A stretch of 64,000 nt of DNA from Oopsacas minuta (Eukaryota; Animalia; Porifera), in contig JAKMXF010000344.1 in the NCBI GenBank assembly GCA_024704765.1, positions 2,004 to 66,003 of the forward strand, written 5' to 3'. The notes under the pieces were generated by a model. That model did not search any database. It was not told the origin of the DNA and was given only the letters and a program-made list of their open reading frames with translations. Each line of letters begins with the position of its first letter. The first letter of the stretch is position 1. The position numbers and the translations under genes were made by a program. Shown in pieces: positions 52,400 to 64,000 of the stretch.

Positions 52400-53740
52400 G
52401 TCATTGGGGTGATACTAAGATTTCTAGAAAATATGGAATCGACATTAATAATTGTCGTGGCCAATCATATGATAATGCATCAAATATGAGTGGGAAATAT
52501 AGAGGTGTGTAAACTATCATCAAACAACAGAGTCAATATACGACATTTATACCATGTGCAGCTCATTCCCTCAATCTTGTGGGAAAAAGTTCCGCTGAAT
52601 GTAGCCCAGTGATTGTAAGATTCTTTGACATTATACAAAAGTTTTACACTTTCTCTCAGCATCTAACGTATCGATGGCGACTTCTTAATGAAAAACTTAA
52701 GCCCATAGGCTTGTCTGTAGTCAAGCGGCTTTCTGATACTCGGTGGTCCGAAAGATATGAAGCAGTGGAAGCCTGCACAAAGGATATAATATTTATGTGA
52801 GTTTTACTATCTTTGGCGTCGGATATTGAACAGAAGGTTGACTGTCGAAATGAAGCAAGTTTGATGCTTAAAAAACTTGGAATTAGATTCCGTCATTCTT
52901 CTTGTATTTGGGAAACAGTTTTAGAGCGCTTCCATCAAACTAATCTCTCCTTTCAGTCAAGCACTTTAAATCTCAATGTCATGGTATCGTTACTCGAGTC
53001 CCTTGTTGGATTTATTAAAACTCTGAGAACCGAATTTGAACATTTTCATAAGCGGGGTATTATTTGAGTGGACATGACCAGTACAACTCAGTCCTTAAGC
53101 GAGTAAGAGTACCCAACCGTCGTTATTTTGATGTAGATGACGGAAATGAAGATCGCAATATGTCGCCAATGGATAAGTTCAGACAAGACGTGTTTCAAGT
53201 TATCAATGATCAGTTGATAAGTGACTTGAAATATCACCTTGAGGCATATAAAGAAATCAGCTATAACTTCGGATTCTTGTGTAAACTACCATCTCTCTCT
53301 AATCAAATGATCAAACAAGCTGTAGGAAATAATACATGCTCATATCCCAACGATCTGGAACCTACAATTGAGAGTAAGCTTATTCAATTTTCCATCTTGA
53401 TCAGATCTTTCGGTAGAGCTCCAAACAAATGAAAAAACGAAGTCAGCAGAGCTGAACATGTATGAATTCCTTGACACACAAAACCCCACGCAAACGTTTC
53501 CCAACATAGAATTAGCTCTTCGAATATATTTATCTCTGATGGCATCAAATTGTAGTGGTGAGAGGTCTTTTTCGAAACTGAAACGTATCAAAAATGAGCT
53601 CAGAAATAGAATTGGACAAGATCGACTTAATAGTCTATCACATTAGTATTGAGAGTGATGTACTGAGACAACTAGACTTTTCACAGATAATTATGGATTT
53701 TAGTCATCTGAAGAGTAGGAAAAGGCCTATATAATGTCAC
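52400..53740 (+). pseudogene. ZMYM1-type hAT transposase, C-terminal half
   Basis: Remnants are CRGQSYDNASNMSGKY, CAAHSLNLVG, KRLSDTRWS and FPNIELALRIYLSLMASNCSGERSFSKLKRIKN. Confidence 0.9.
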
Positions 53741-53954
53741 TCTAATGATTATTTTCTTCTGTAAGTAATACATGAATATTTAATAATAATTTTGAATATA
53801 CGTACAATAATTTTTATAGCACAAGAGATTAATGGTAATGAATAATAATACAATGATGATCCCAAAGGAGCCTGTAGAAGTATATTCTGGGTGTCCCTAA
53901 ATAAATTCCTAAAGGCACGTGGTTGATGTCCGCCCGGGGCCCAATATACCCATA

Positions 53955-54500
53955 TTCGGTCTCTGAACACAAGGAGAACTTAATACATGCCTTAGTGTTA
54001 GTAGATAGTTTTTCACTCTCCCAAAGCATTGCATCACAAAAATTACAGCAAAAGGACATGTACAGAATGAATGTTCAGTTATGGTGGTATTGCTAATCTC
54101 ACATATAAATTGCGATTGAGATAGGTTAAGAAATCTCTTAGAAGTTAATGACTTACTTTTAGCATATAAGTCAACCCGAGACTTCAGTCGGGCATTGTAT
54201 TTGTGCTCAGACTCTTTGTTTCTGAGATTATAATAACTGGCACGGCAATGCTCTGCGCTCAACGAACCTATACACAGATGCACTTTCTCTGAGATTAGTT
54301 TGAAGAGATCGCTGGTAATTTAAGGGCTGAGAGGTCTCGTAATCAGATTGGGAAGCTCTCTAGATACCTTGTCGGTCTCTTAGTTTTTAAAGACGCTCTA
54401 ATCTTTCTTCCTGAGATTCGTTTTGGCGAAGTAAACGCCTCGCTCAACTTCAGACATAGTTGGTTTAAGGCCAGGATAATCCTAGCCCTTTTTCATGTAG
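53955..54500 (-). pseudogene. Helitron Rep/helicase N-terminal remnant
   Basis: Remnants are NESQEERLERL*KLRDRQ (charged repeats) and CNFCDAMLWESEKLS...KFSLC, which resembles the CxxCxAxxWxxE...FSxCC motif preceding Helitron Rep domains. Confidence 0.55.
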
Positions 54501-54871
54501 TATTCCAATATCTATTACAAATATCACATATATAGTAATTAATTAATCATTAATTAATTACGCCTACAGGGTATTCACTTTAGAATTGAAAACAATAACG
54601 GGACTCTATTCAGTAAACTCAGTTGTTACATAAAATTTCTACTGTTATCTGAAACAAAAATTCACGTGATAAATATTCTTTCGCGCGGCCTTTACTAAAT
54701 AGATTGTTAAAATTTGAATAGACAATAATAAACATAATGTATTATCCATTATGCCGTTGGGAACCTCTCTAAACAGACTATGGCTTCAATGATTTATTTA
54801 CTCAATATTCATAAAAACAACAATAAATTTACATTTAAGAGACCTGAAAACGCGAATTGGATTCAGCGTAC

Positions 54872-55176
54872 GTAGTGAACCCTGTGTAGCCGTTTATAGC
54901 AAGACTGTACGCAAATGATTAGATTTGGATAATATGTATACTTTATATTCATAAAACAAATTGACATATGATTAATGTGACAATCGGATTCAGCATGCTC
55001 GATATATTTAGTTAAGTTTTATTGAATCATATTTACTTCCTTTATTAAGAAGATTAATACATAGTTTTGCCATGATTTCATAATTTCATACCATGAATCA
55101 TTCCTAGAAACGGACAAACAAACAAACAAACAGACAGTCAGACAGACAAACAACAATTGCGATTAAATAATATCGA
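54872..55176 (-). mobile_element. non-autonomous Helitron-like repeat with (CAAA)/(CAGA) microsatellite
   Basis: The minus strand starts A|TCGATATTATTTAA...TGTTTGTCTGTCTG, a typical Helitron 5' TC end plus microsatellite. It ends cggctacacagggttcaCTAC, a degenerate CTAG. It is homologous to 28446-28770. Confidence 0.6.
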
Positions 55177-57651
55177 TTGTGCCTGCTCATAAGTGGGACT
55201 GTAATTCTACTTGGACAATTATAATGGATAGTATATGTTAAATAAATAGAAAAACCCATTATACTTAGAAGAACGAGAACAATAATTAAAATGAATTTCT
55301 AACTATATAGTATAAACATAACGGCAAACTACGTCACATAGGTTGCTCCAAACTATACTTCCAGCAAACTCGGTTGCTGGTTAGAAACACCCATATAGAA
55401 ATATCCCCTTCCAAACGGGTCATGAGTGTCAAAAATACACAAAACGACATCCAAGCAGGCAGTTCACTAATCCATTGTAAATCCCCACTCCAACAAGCAA
55501 GGAGTGCCACCAAGCAACCCATATATGTAATATGATTTTTCAATTGTCGAATAAGAGTAATTATTCTACTGTCTAAAGCTGCTACATATGTAATGCGCCT
55601 GAGCTGAGTAATTTGAATATATGCAAGTTATACAATGGACTCATGAGTTTAGGATTATGAATGTGGTATTCACTTGTTATGCTAGAAAAGGATTAATGAA
55701 TATGTAGCTGGTATGATCGTAATTTAGTGTACCTACGAGTCACTGAAAATTTGAATCATTATTGGGAACAATTTTATAGTGAAGGCAATTCTTGTCAGAC
55801 AATTCCCTGAATGTGGGGAAGTATTCCCTAAATTTCTCGAGCTTATGAATTCTGAAATTTTTTGGTCGCTCGCTACTTTTGCTTGTACTTTTGAATTTTC
55901 AATTGAAAGAGCAAAATGCAGGCTTATGTAACATCCAATTGAACCCTATACTTTCATTTGGTTACTCCACTTATCCTAATTCTCAACAAAATGTTCCTGA
56001 AACTCCATGGTAGTATAAATTAGCTAGCTATACTGTTCATATAAGCGATTTCATCAAAGAATTGACAAAAACATGTTTAATGCTTCTTAGTATAGGCATG
56101 GTAAGTATAAGCTAAACAGACTTCGAGATTATAGAGGTCAACATTCTTTTATGGAGCTAGCATCCAGACCACGCACCTTCTTAAGGCATTTTGAGTATAA
56201 TTTGGGATTCCAATTTTCTGGCCATACTAGACTATATTTGAAACAGCAGGAATTTCCCTTGTTAGGGGTAGATCATAGAATCAGTGGTTATGTCGAGGGT
56301 ACCAAATTTTAGTTCAAATATTCCCTACATCCATATACAGTATAACTTTCGTCAGTACGAAAACGCTTGATGCGATGACTAAACATTTAATAAGCTTAAC
56401 AGGCTAACTACATGCTAAATAAATAAAGACCCCTACAATGATTTTCAATTGATATTGCTCCGGTTAAGTACGCAATCAGTATTATACTTACAAATCGAAG
56501 GTCCCTTCGTGTACCTATTAAAAGGTGGCTCTATGATACAGTGGAACTTCGTCAATTTTCCGAACAATAAAGTACTGTAAAATTTGTTCGTCCGATCCCG
56601 TGATTGATCAACCCGACCAATGCAAATTTATGAACTATAGGGACCCGATTATGCGCATTATTGTTCTACAAATATGGAAATTAGCATAAACATTGTTGCA
56701 TTAACTAAGTTACGCTATAACACTATTTCAAATATCACTATATACGATCATAGCATTCTATACATAAACCTGGTACTGATTAGAAGTTTTGGACCAGGGA
56801 CCGCGATATACATATAAATATACTCTTATAGGTAATTCCATTCTTTTCGCTAATTAATTAATTGTATACTCTGACCTGATAAATGTTTTATTGCTTTGTA
56901 CTATTACCAACAATCCACGATCAAACATTTTTTGGGTCGAATGATTACGTAATAATGAAGTCATATGATTACTTAATTACCGCTTTGCTCTCGACAATGG
57001 GCAAACATTGAAGCTCTGAATCGTTAATATATGCCACTTTGAATTCCAGAATATATATTAAGTAATCTTGTGTGTTTTCCACACAAAACATATTAGTATT
57101 GTCATGATAAATTTCGCGCGTTCTAGAGTTATAGTAGTGACCATGGATGCCATTTCCTGTCCTTATGCATCCATTACTCGGCATCATTTATTGTTATAGC
57201 CAAATAATCATCTGCTAAGTTGTATAATAGGCGTATAACGTAAAATACATATTATACGTATAAATGTTATACGTGATCTATTTAATCGTAATCGCATTAG
57301 ATGTTTACGATAACTTTGAAATATGAGATTTTGACATTGTGAGACTTTTTATGTCACATTATTATCAAGTATTATATAATTTGGTCAACTATGCTGAGAT
57401 TTCTCATTAACACTTAGAGAGCTACTATTTTGATGAAGAAATTTACTTCAGAAATCAGCCTTTTATATCACGTCTCTAAAAATTGTAGATTGAACGTATA
57501 ATATGTATAGGGTATACGTGTTCATTGAAAGACGTTTCAACAATTTAGATTCTTTCAATCTATAGTTTATACTCGATTTTCTATACAATTGGAATACATT
57601 TTGGCATGTTATATAATCACTTTATGAAGTAATCATCAATATTAACATATA

Positions 57652-59992
57652 CAGTATGTCCTCTCTAATAGTCCACCTCCTTTATAGTCCAAATCCCCTA
57701 ATAGTCTAGCAGATACCCAAAACCCATTTGTATTTGTAGGTGTAAACAATGTTACATAAGTGTACAGAGTGCACTGCAGTGCTGGCAGCTGCTTGTTAAA
57801 ACAGGCACTATTTAGAATCTGGCAGCTGCTTGTTAAAACCTGCACTGCTGACAGCTGCTAGCCTGTTTTAGTTCTAGCTCAGTTTTCTAGCTCAGTTTTT
57901 TAGCAATGGCTCCTGGTCGAAAGCAACCTATTCACCTAAGAGGTGCTTCAACAAGAAAAGGCAAGAAATACACCACAGCTCAGCTTGCTGCAAAGAAGCA
58001 AAGGGTTGAGCTTACACTGAAGCAGAAATGTGATGTGATTGATCAAGCACTAAAAAGTGGCTTTCAACCCAACTCTGTAGAATCCACCTTGGTCCGAGTT
58101 AACCAGACTATGCTTGCAAAACAGTATAATGTCACTGTAAAGACGATAAACCGAGTTTTGTGGAGTGCAAAGAAGCTCAAGCAACAACTTCTTACGACAT
58201 CTGGTGATCTTCGACGTAATCGTGAGATCAAGTATAGGGCTATAGAAGAAAAAGTAGTAGCATTTGTTTCTCTTCTTCGTAACAGACGCAAACCTATGCT
58301 TATTTCTTTGAGTATTATAAAGGTGTATGCTGAACAAGTGGCCAAATCCCTTGGTGAACATGAGTTTAAAGCATCAAATGGTTGGTGGCAAAAGCTGATG
58401 AAAAGAAACAGCATAGGAAAGAGTGTTCGCCTGCATGGGGAAGCAGGCGACGTAAACCCAGAAGATATTAAAGAGAGGATCCAGGAAATTAAAAAAATGC
58501 TAGAGGAGTATGACCCAGAGCTTATATACAACTGGGATGAAACTGGCTTGTACTTTAGATTGATTCCTAGTGCAACGTATACTGCACCAAATGAACAGCG
58601 ACGACGTACACGGGGAACTAAAGCTCAAAAAGCAAAGGATCGTGTCACCCTTATCACGTGCACTAATGCAATAGGCACACACAAGATTCCTCTTGCTATG
58701 ATTGGGAAGGCAGCCCAGCCTCGTTGCTTTCGAACATGTCCATCTCCTTTGCCATACAACTCGCAGAAGAATGCATGGAATGATCATGTACTGACTAAAT
58801 GGTGGTTCCATGATGTCTTTCTGCCAGCAATTCGAAAGAGGACATCCAGACCAGTCATTCTGATAGCTGACAACTTTGGTTCCCATGATGAAACTGATGC
58901 TGCTCTTCAAGACCCACAGGTCAAGTGGGTTTTGCTACCACCAAACTGTACATCAGTCCATCAACCTATGGATCAGGGCATTATCGCTGCACTTAAGAGG
59001 AAGTACAAGTCCAACATGCTACATTCAATGGTTAAAAACCTTGAAAGGTATGATGAATTGCGAGCAATTGGAGCCTCCATTACAGCAGGAGTTAGAGGGC
59101 TAAATCATGCTTACCCACCGAACCTCTTAGATGCTGCAACAATAGCGCACGAGGTGTGGGAATCAATGAACCAGTCAACTCTACTAAATTGCTGGTTGAA
59201 AGCAGACATTCTGCCTACATGTCATGTAGAGGGTCTTGAGACTTATCGTCGACCATTGAGTCTGCCAGCTGTTGAAGAGTTAAGCAGTTTGTTGCAGCAT
59301 GCAACTATCAGCAGTCAACCCTCGAGCCAGGATGACAATGATCAACCTCCTCCTGCAATAGGGAGAGAGCATTTCATTGGAGAGTTTGTTGCTCTTCAAT
59401 GGCAAGCTAAAAATGATCCTGCAGGTCTCGTTGATGTACTAAATGACTGGTTTGATATCGAAGATGGTGATCTTGTTAAACAAGATGAAGTTCAAATGGC
59501 ACTTGAACGAGAAGATGTGCAACCCACTGCAGGAAACGATGGTGCAACTGAAACTTCAATGGAGATAGATCCTAGTAGCGTGGACATACCGCCAGATCCA
59601 TTAAGTGCAGATGATGATTCGGATTCTGAAGTACAACCTCTTACTCGAATGAAAGCTCTCAATAGTGTGAACATTACTGAAGGCATTGAAATGGTTGAGA
59701 AGGTTATACAAATAATGTCATCATTAGATGAAGATGAAGCTACTTATATGCTCACAAGGGTGTATCGCAAATGCCTAGACTTGAAAGCTGAGAAAAAGGA
59801 CCTAAACTCAAAGCAAACTGTCCTTAGGGAGTATTTTGTTCCACAATTGGACACTTCATGTGATGTATAAATATGTATATACTGCACATTAATTTCGGTA
59901 TTTACACATGTTAAACTCTAATAGTCCAATACCTGTAATAGTCCACCTCAACTACCGTTGCCAGTAGGTGGACTATTAGAGAGGACATACTG
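57652..59992 (+). mobile_element. pogo/Tigger-like transposon, apparently intact
   Basis: The 27-bp TIR cagtatgtcctctctaatagtccacct is perfect, with TA on both sides. There is a single uninterrupted ORF. Confidence 0.97.
57906..59870 (+). CDS. pogo/Tigger-like transposase (CENP-B-type HTHs + DDE_1), DD33D
   Basis: Motifs are LTLKQKCDVI, FKASNGWWQKLMKR, YNWDETGL, IADNFGSH and QPMDQGIIAALK. I count 33 residues between the second and third Asp. The C-terminal tail is acidic. Confidence 0.95.
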   Translation: MAPGRKQPIHLRGASTRKGKKYTTAQLAAKKQRVELTLKQKCDVIDQALKSGFQPNSVESTLVRVNQTMLAKQYNVTVKTINRVLWSAKKLKQQLLTTSGDLRRNREIKYRAIEEKVVAFVSLLRNRRKPMLISLSIIKVYAEQVAKSLGEHEFKASNGWWQKLMKRNSIGKSVRLHGEAGDVNPEDIKERIQEIKKMLEEYDPELIYNWDETGLYFRLIPSATYTAPNEQRRRTRGTKAQKAKDRVTLITCTNAIGTHKIPLAMIGKAAQPRCFRTCPSPLPYNSQKNAWNDHVLTKWWFHDVFLPAIRKRTSRPVILIADNFGSHDETDAALQDPQVKWVLLPPNCTSVHQPMDQGIIAALKRKYKSNMLHSMVKNLERYDELRAIGASITAGVRGLNHAYPPNLLDAATIAHEVWESMNQSTLLNCWLKADILPTCHVEGLETYRRPLSLPAVEELSSLLQHATISSQPSSQDDNDQPPPAIGREHFIGEFVALQWQAKNDPAGLVDVLNDWFDIEDGDLVKQDEVQMALEREDVQPTAGNDGATETSMEIDPSSVDIPPDPLSADDDSDSEVQPLTRMKALNSVNITEGIEMVEKVIQIMSSLDEDEATYMLTRVYRKCLDLKAEKKDLNSKQTVLREYFVPQLDTSCDV

Positions 59993-60699
59993 TATAGGCA
60001 ACACTAGTTTACATCATAATCAGCAGTGGTAGCATATCAAAATGCATTATAAGGGTATGGGAAATCGGCTATAAACGATACATTGGCATGATTATTTGGC
60101 CATAACATTAACGGTTGTCGAGTTCTGTATCAATATTGACGGAAATGTACCATCCATGGTCACTAATATAACTCTGAAACACGCGAAATTTATCACAACA
60201 AATTTATATGTTTTGTCTGGAATTTATTCTAGTTCAAGCTTGAAAGATTGACATATCCTAAGGAGTTTTATATCAGGATTTGAGAAAATTGGCAAATTGT
60301 GTTTATTACCACCAAAGTTAGCAAATAGTACCCTAATTATTATTCGGCAAACTTTATCCTATGTAATAATTTTGTCACAAATATCGATTGTAATCTAAGT
60401 ATCGCCGGTTTTTCCCCCCATATCTTGTATATATGTCTGGAGCTATTCACTTTTCAATTTGTCTTCAATTGCTCTGTAGGTTAATTTTATTGATATATAT
60501 TTAATTTCGTGAACCAATATATACACGTAAAGTCTGATATATCAGTATTTCAGCCATATGTAATGTACATTCCTTTCTTGATTATTGAAATTAGCAGTAA
60601 AAGCCTTCAAATAAGTTTGCAACCCACAATCTAAGCCTATTGTTCCATAAAGCCTATGTAGAGTAGTTGGGTTGGCAGCTAGAAGAAATCAAATGAGAT

Positions 60700-62007
60700 T
60701 TTAGAGCTAGCACCATTATAATAACGTTTACAATGGTGCTAGCTCTTCGATTTACAGTAGAAATTTTAGATGAGGTAACAATTCCGAAAATTTCCCTAGT
60801 AAATAATTCGAAGCTTCTATCCTTGAAATCGACTCTCGATTTTGAAATAGCTTGGCTGATGCTTTTTTCAACAGGGTCCTTACTGTATAAAGAAATCTCG
60901 CTAAGGATGCCATCAATTTATCGAATTCCCAGAGATGGTATATTGAGAGAGGAATTTGAATTTTCAAAGAAGCGGTAGGTGTTAAGGTGTCATTAATTGA
61001 ATCATATACAGGTTTAGATATATGTTTGTCGATTAACAGCACGATTTAGTTAACAGACGAATTATCTGAAAACCCATTTATGCAGGAAGAAGGTATTGCA
61101 AAATCTTCAAGTTTAATTTTAGATCTTTTCATGATTTGACGCCAAATTTACTATCTTCAGCTATTTGAAGATCATAGCTCCGTTCTGATGCTTGAAAGAA
61201 CAATATATTCTCTATTCTCACACGATCTAAGCGTTTATGTTTGTGAATGGTGTCCTGAGATACTAGGATAACTGGGAAGAATACATTGTATAGCGTTCTC
61301 AGATAGATTGGTGGCCATCAATATTTGTGATGAGCTGTCAAGTTGCTGCATATTTATTTCAGTTACCACATCTTCAGTACGAAAGTGTTTAGGACAAAAA
61401 AACATGTTTTTGGATCTTCAATATCCTCCCTATTCAGAAGGTGGGACCATTTTTCGCTAATTTCAGATTTTGAGGATAATCTGAATACTGATGTTATAGA
61501 TCCCGTGAATTATTACTCCGCAAACCAGATGCAGAACAAGTGTTAGACATCAATGCCTATCAGTGTTAAAAAAAGTGCTACTATAGTATTGTGCCGTACG
61601 GTGTTTCCATTTTGATCGACGCTAAGGCTTATTTTGAAGTCTTAGAGCTCGTGGAATAATGAACAGAGAACTTTAGAACACTAAAGTCGGACAAAATTTG
61701 GCCAGGTGACTTTCATTTTACTATTTATCCAAAGTCTATGGGGATATACAGCAATATCTGAAGAAGCCATATTATGCGCTATCACGTTATTTGTATTCAT
61801 TATGCTTATGCATACTATTCTCACACGTTCAGCATTTTTATGAGTATTTATTTTATGTTTACAAAAGCATATCTTATGGTTTACTGTTTGCATTATAACA
61901 AATCCGCGTCCGCTTTCAGCAGTGTTTGCCCGAAAAATGAAGTGTAGGTCGCTCCTTAATCCATAAATAACCCTGAGTATCCTGCATGGGCCCCCAGCAC
62001 GCCCCTG
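60700..62007 (-). mobile_element. highly decayed hAT (Ac-like) relic
   Basis: A terminus ccagcacgcccctg lies at 62007. Weak remnants are SLSVD...TVRHNT (about 61590-61630) and a dimerisation-like segment near 60730-60800. Confidence 0.4.
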
Positions 62008-64000
62008 ATACTATACTACCTCCATCACTAATCACTATATTGAAGGGTACAACATTTCGCTACAGAGCATATCTTAAGTTATTCTTGTATTTATACAAGT
62101 GACTTTGCTTTTGGAAACTTAATAATTTCACATTGCCCGTCATTATATGAAAAGTTATTATACTTAACTTCATCTATCAGTTTGGAAATGAGAAAAATTT
62201 ATATTTACTTCACAAATTGGCATTCTACAATTAATTTCTACATTGAATTGTCTGTTTGTGGTAGATCATATATACCTTCAACCAAATATTGATGGTGATA
62301 CTTCAATTCTTTCTTATGTATATTATTCAGAAATTAGCGTAATATCAGTTGAAGAGGTTTTGAACCACACCAATATACCAATCTTTGTCATAAATACAAG
62401 CGATATAATCACCAATGCTCAAGTAAACTAATTGTAAAGGGTTTTTAGTGATTTATGGTAAATTCAAATTTTAGTGTAATCTAGTTCGTCACAAGTGCAT
62501 TTTGCTCCAAACAATGTTAAACTCCATGGAGTGTATTGGTGGAAACTAATTGTTTCTGGGAGAGTTTGATGTCGTCCAATCTAGATAATAATTTGGTTAT
62601 AGAATTCAGATTATACTTACGAATTTATTTGACATTTCAAATTTCATAGGGCAACTCTGACGTAAAATAACTTACCTTTCATCAAATGTTCCTCTCAAAT
62701 TGGATATTATCTTTGGAGATGAAAAGACATTTGATGGTAGAAAGGCTAGTAGTTGTTACCTCAAAATATCTTACATTCAATATTGTACTGAGATAGCTTT
62801 CAAGAATATCAATTCCAGGGCGTTTTCGCATCTAATTCATGACCAGACATAAATACGATTGTTGCATCTCTTACAGATTTACGTGAAGATAGGAAGTCAA
62901 AAGCTTAATTGTTATTCCTTGATATTACGTGGCATTCACATTAAGCATTCATTTGAATGTGTGTAACTTATATAATTAAGGTAATACCCATTCAAATAAA
63001 TATTTAATAGTATTACGGAATATTTTCGATTATTCACGAAATTCTATTAGCTCCTACTGAAACAATACCGATAATATCATACTCATTCATGATTATTTGG
63101 GATTATGATTATTTGAAATTACTAGAAATTTGTTTCTGATCTTCCATTAGAACAACTGCATCGTCTCAGATGAATTCCAGTGATTCGTCTATTCCAAATT
63201 CTAAAGAACTTATACTCAAAGAGCCAGATGATTTTACTCTTGGCACGACTTCCAAGAATCAGATGTATAAAATATTTCGTAAACTCCATTGAATTCCCTG
63301 GATACCACCTCATATCCTGTGCCTACCATGGATACCTCCACACATGTATGCTCCTCTAAAACTACCAGTCCTCAGTAACCAAGTATAGTTGAACTAACTT
63401 TTTCAGGGATAACTCGAGCATTCACCATTTTTGTCTTTCGCCTGTAATGAGATCTCTAGGTCCTGACTTCAAATTTCCTGAGGTCCCTGGTTGTAGTCGA
63501 TCTATAAAGAAACTATTCTAGGGGAAACTATTTACAGCTAGTAAACCTACAGCGTTGGAAGACTTGATAACACCAACCAGCACGAAACGTCCTATAGCAA
63601 GGAATCGCAAGTATACTATGGTTCTCCTACTCCATGGCTACATTCTAAATTCAGAATACTACCAATCACCATTTCTAAGCCTGTATACTATGTTCAGCTG
63701 AAGGAGAATTCGAGACAAATGCGCATAAACCAACAGCCATGAGAGTCTGTAGTCATCCGACATCAGAACTGACTCAAAATGCTGATGAATCTCTACACAA
63801 CACTACAGTCTGTTTCAAAAGTATTGGCAGTAGTTCATATTTCATATTTCCTAAGCCTATTCAATTGTGTGATTGTATTATCTATTGATCTTTTCGATAT
63901 TGCATACTTAGATAGTCATCATGAAGTTTATCATTAATCATGACGGACTTTCTTAATGTTTACCTCGATTCAGATATTTGAAAAGGGGAATTTTGAGGCA

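Noticed and set aside
42671-53740. ZMYM1-type 5' piece (42671) and 3' piece (52400) as one element split by nested insertions
   Set aside because: The middle of the transposase is missing, and no right TIR or shared TSD was found. It cannot be supported.
58050-59686. Antisense and alternate-frame ORFs within the pogo element (and likewise 40033-40443 in the Buster element)
   Set aside because: These are shadows of the long transposase frames with no independent motifs.
62240-63830. Possible exons or relic of an extracellular (FN3/Ig-like) protein, or an LTR fragment
   Set aside because: The fragments are interrupted by stops, and no diagnostic motif can be assigned by eye.
1-64000. Fanzor/TnpB-like RNA-guided nuclease associated with the transposons
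   Set aside because: I found no RuvC or zinc-ribbon (RDxNAAxN-type) motifs in the ORF track or in the relics I translated.

Overview
AT-rich eukaryotic DNA (invertebrate-like; the taxon cannot be determined from sequence alone) made almost entirely of nested, mostly decayed DNA transposons. I recognise one host gene with confidence: an intronless RAD1 (9-1-1 checkpoint clamp subunit, 36144-37004, minus). Two elements look intact: a Buster/Charlie hAT (39241-41732; 8-bp TSD; open transposase) and a pogo/Tigger-like element (57652-59992; perfect 27-bp TIRs; TA TSD; 654-aa DD33D transposase). The most notable feature is a fully delimited Transib element (4005-7331; 5-bp TSD TGAGG). It carries a decayed RAG1-core-like transposase, and its two ends have an RSS-type heptamer plus an A-tract at unequal spacing. 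Relics of mariner, Tc1, maT, P/THAP, Chapaev3, ZMYM1-type and Ac-type hAT, MULE/NOF-like, Helitron and piggyBac-type elements are also present. Structural oddities include a hAT inserted into a 75-nt hairpin and a GCTGAWTCC motif shared by unrelated elements. I found no CRISPR array, rRNA, tRNA or convincing retrotransposon. All family calls come from motif recognition by eye; no database search was run.
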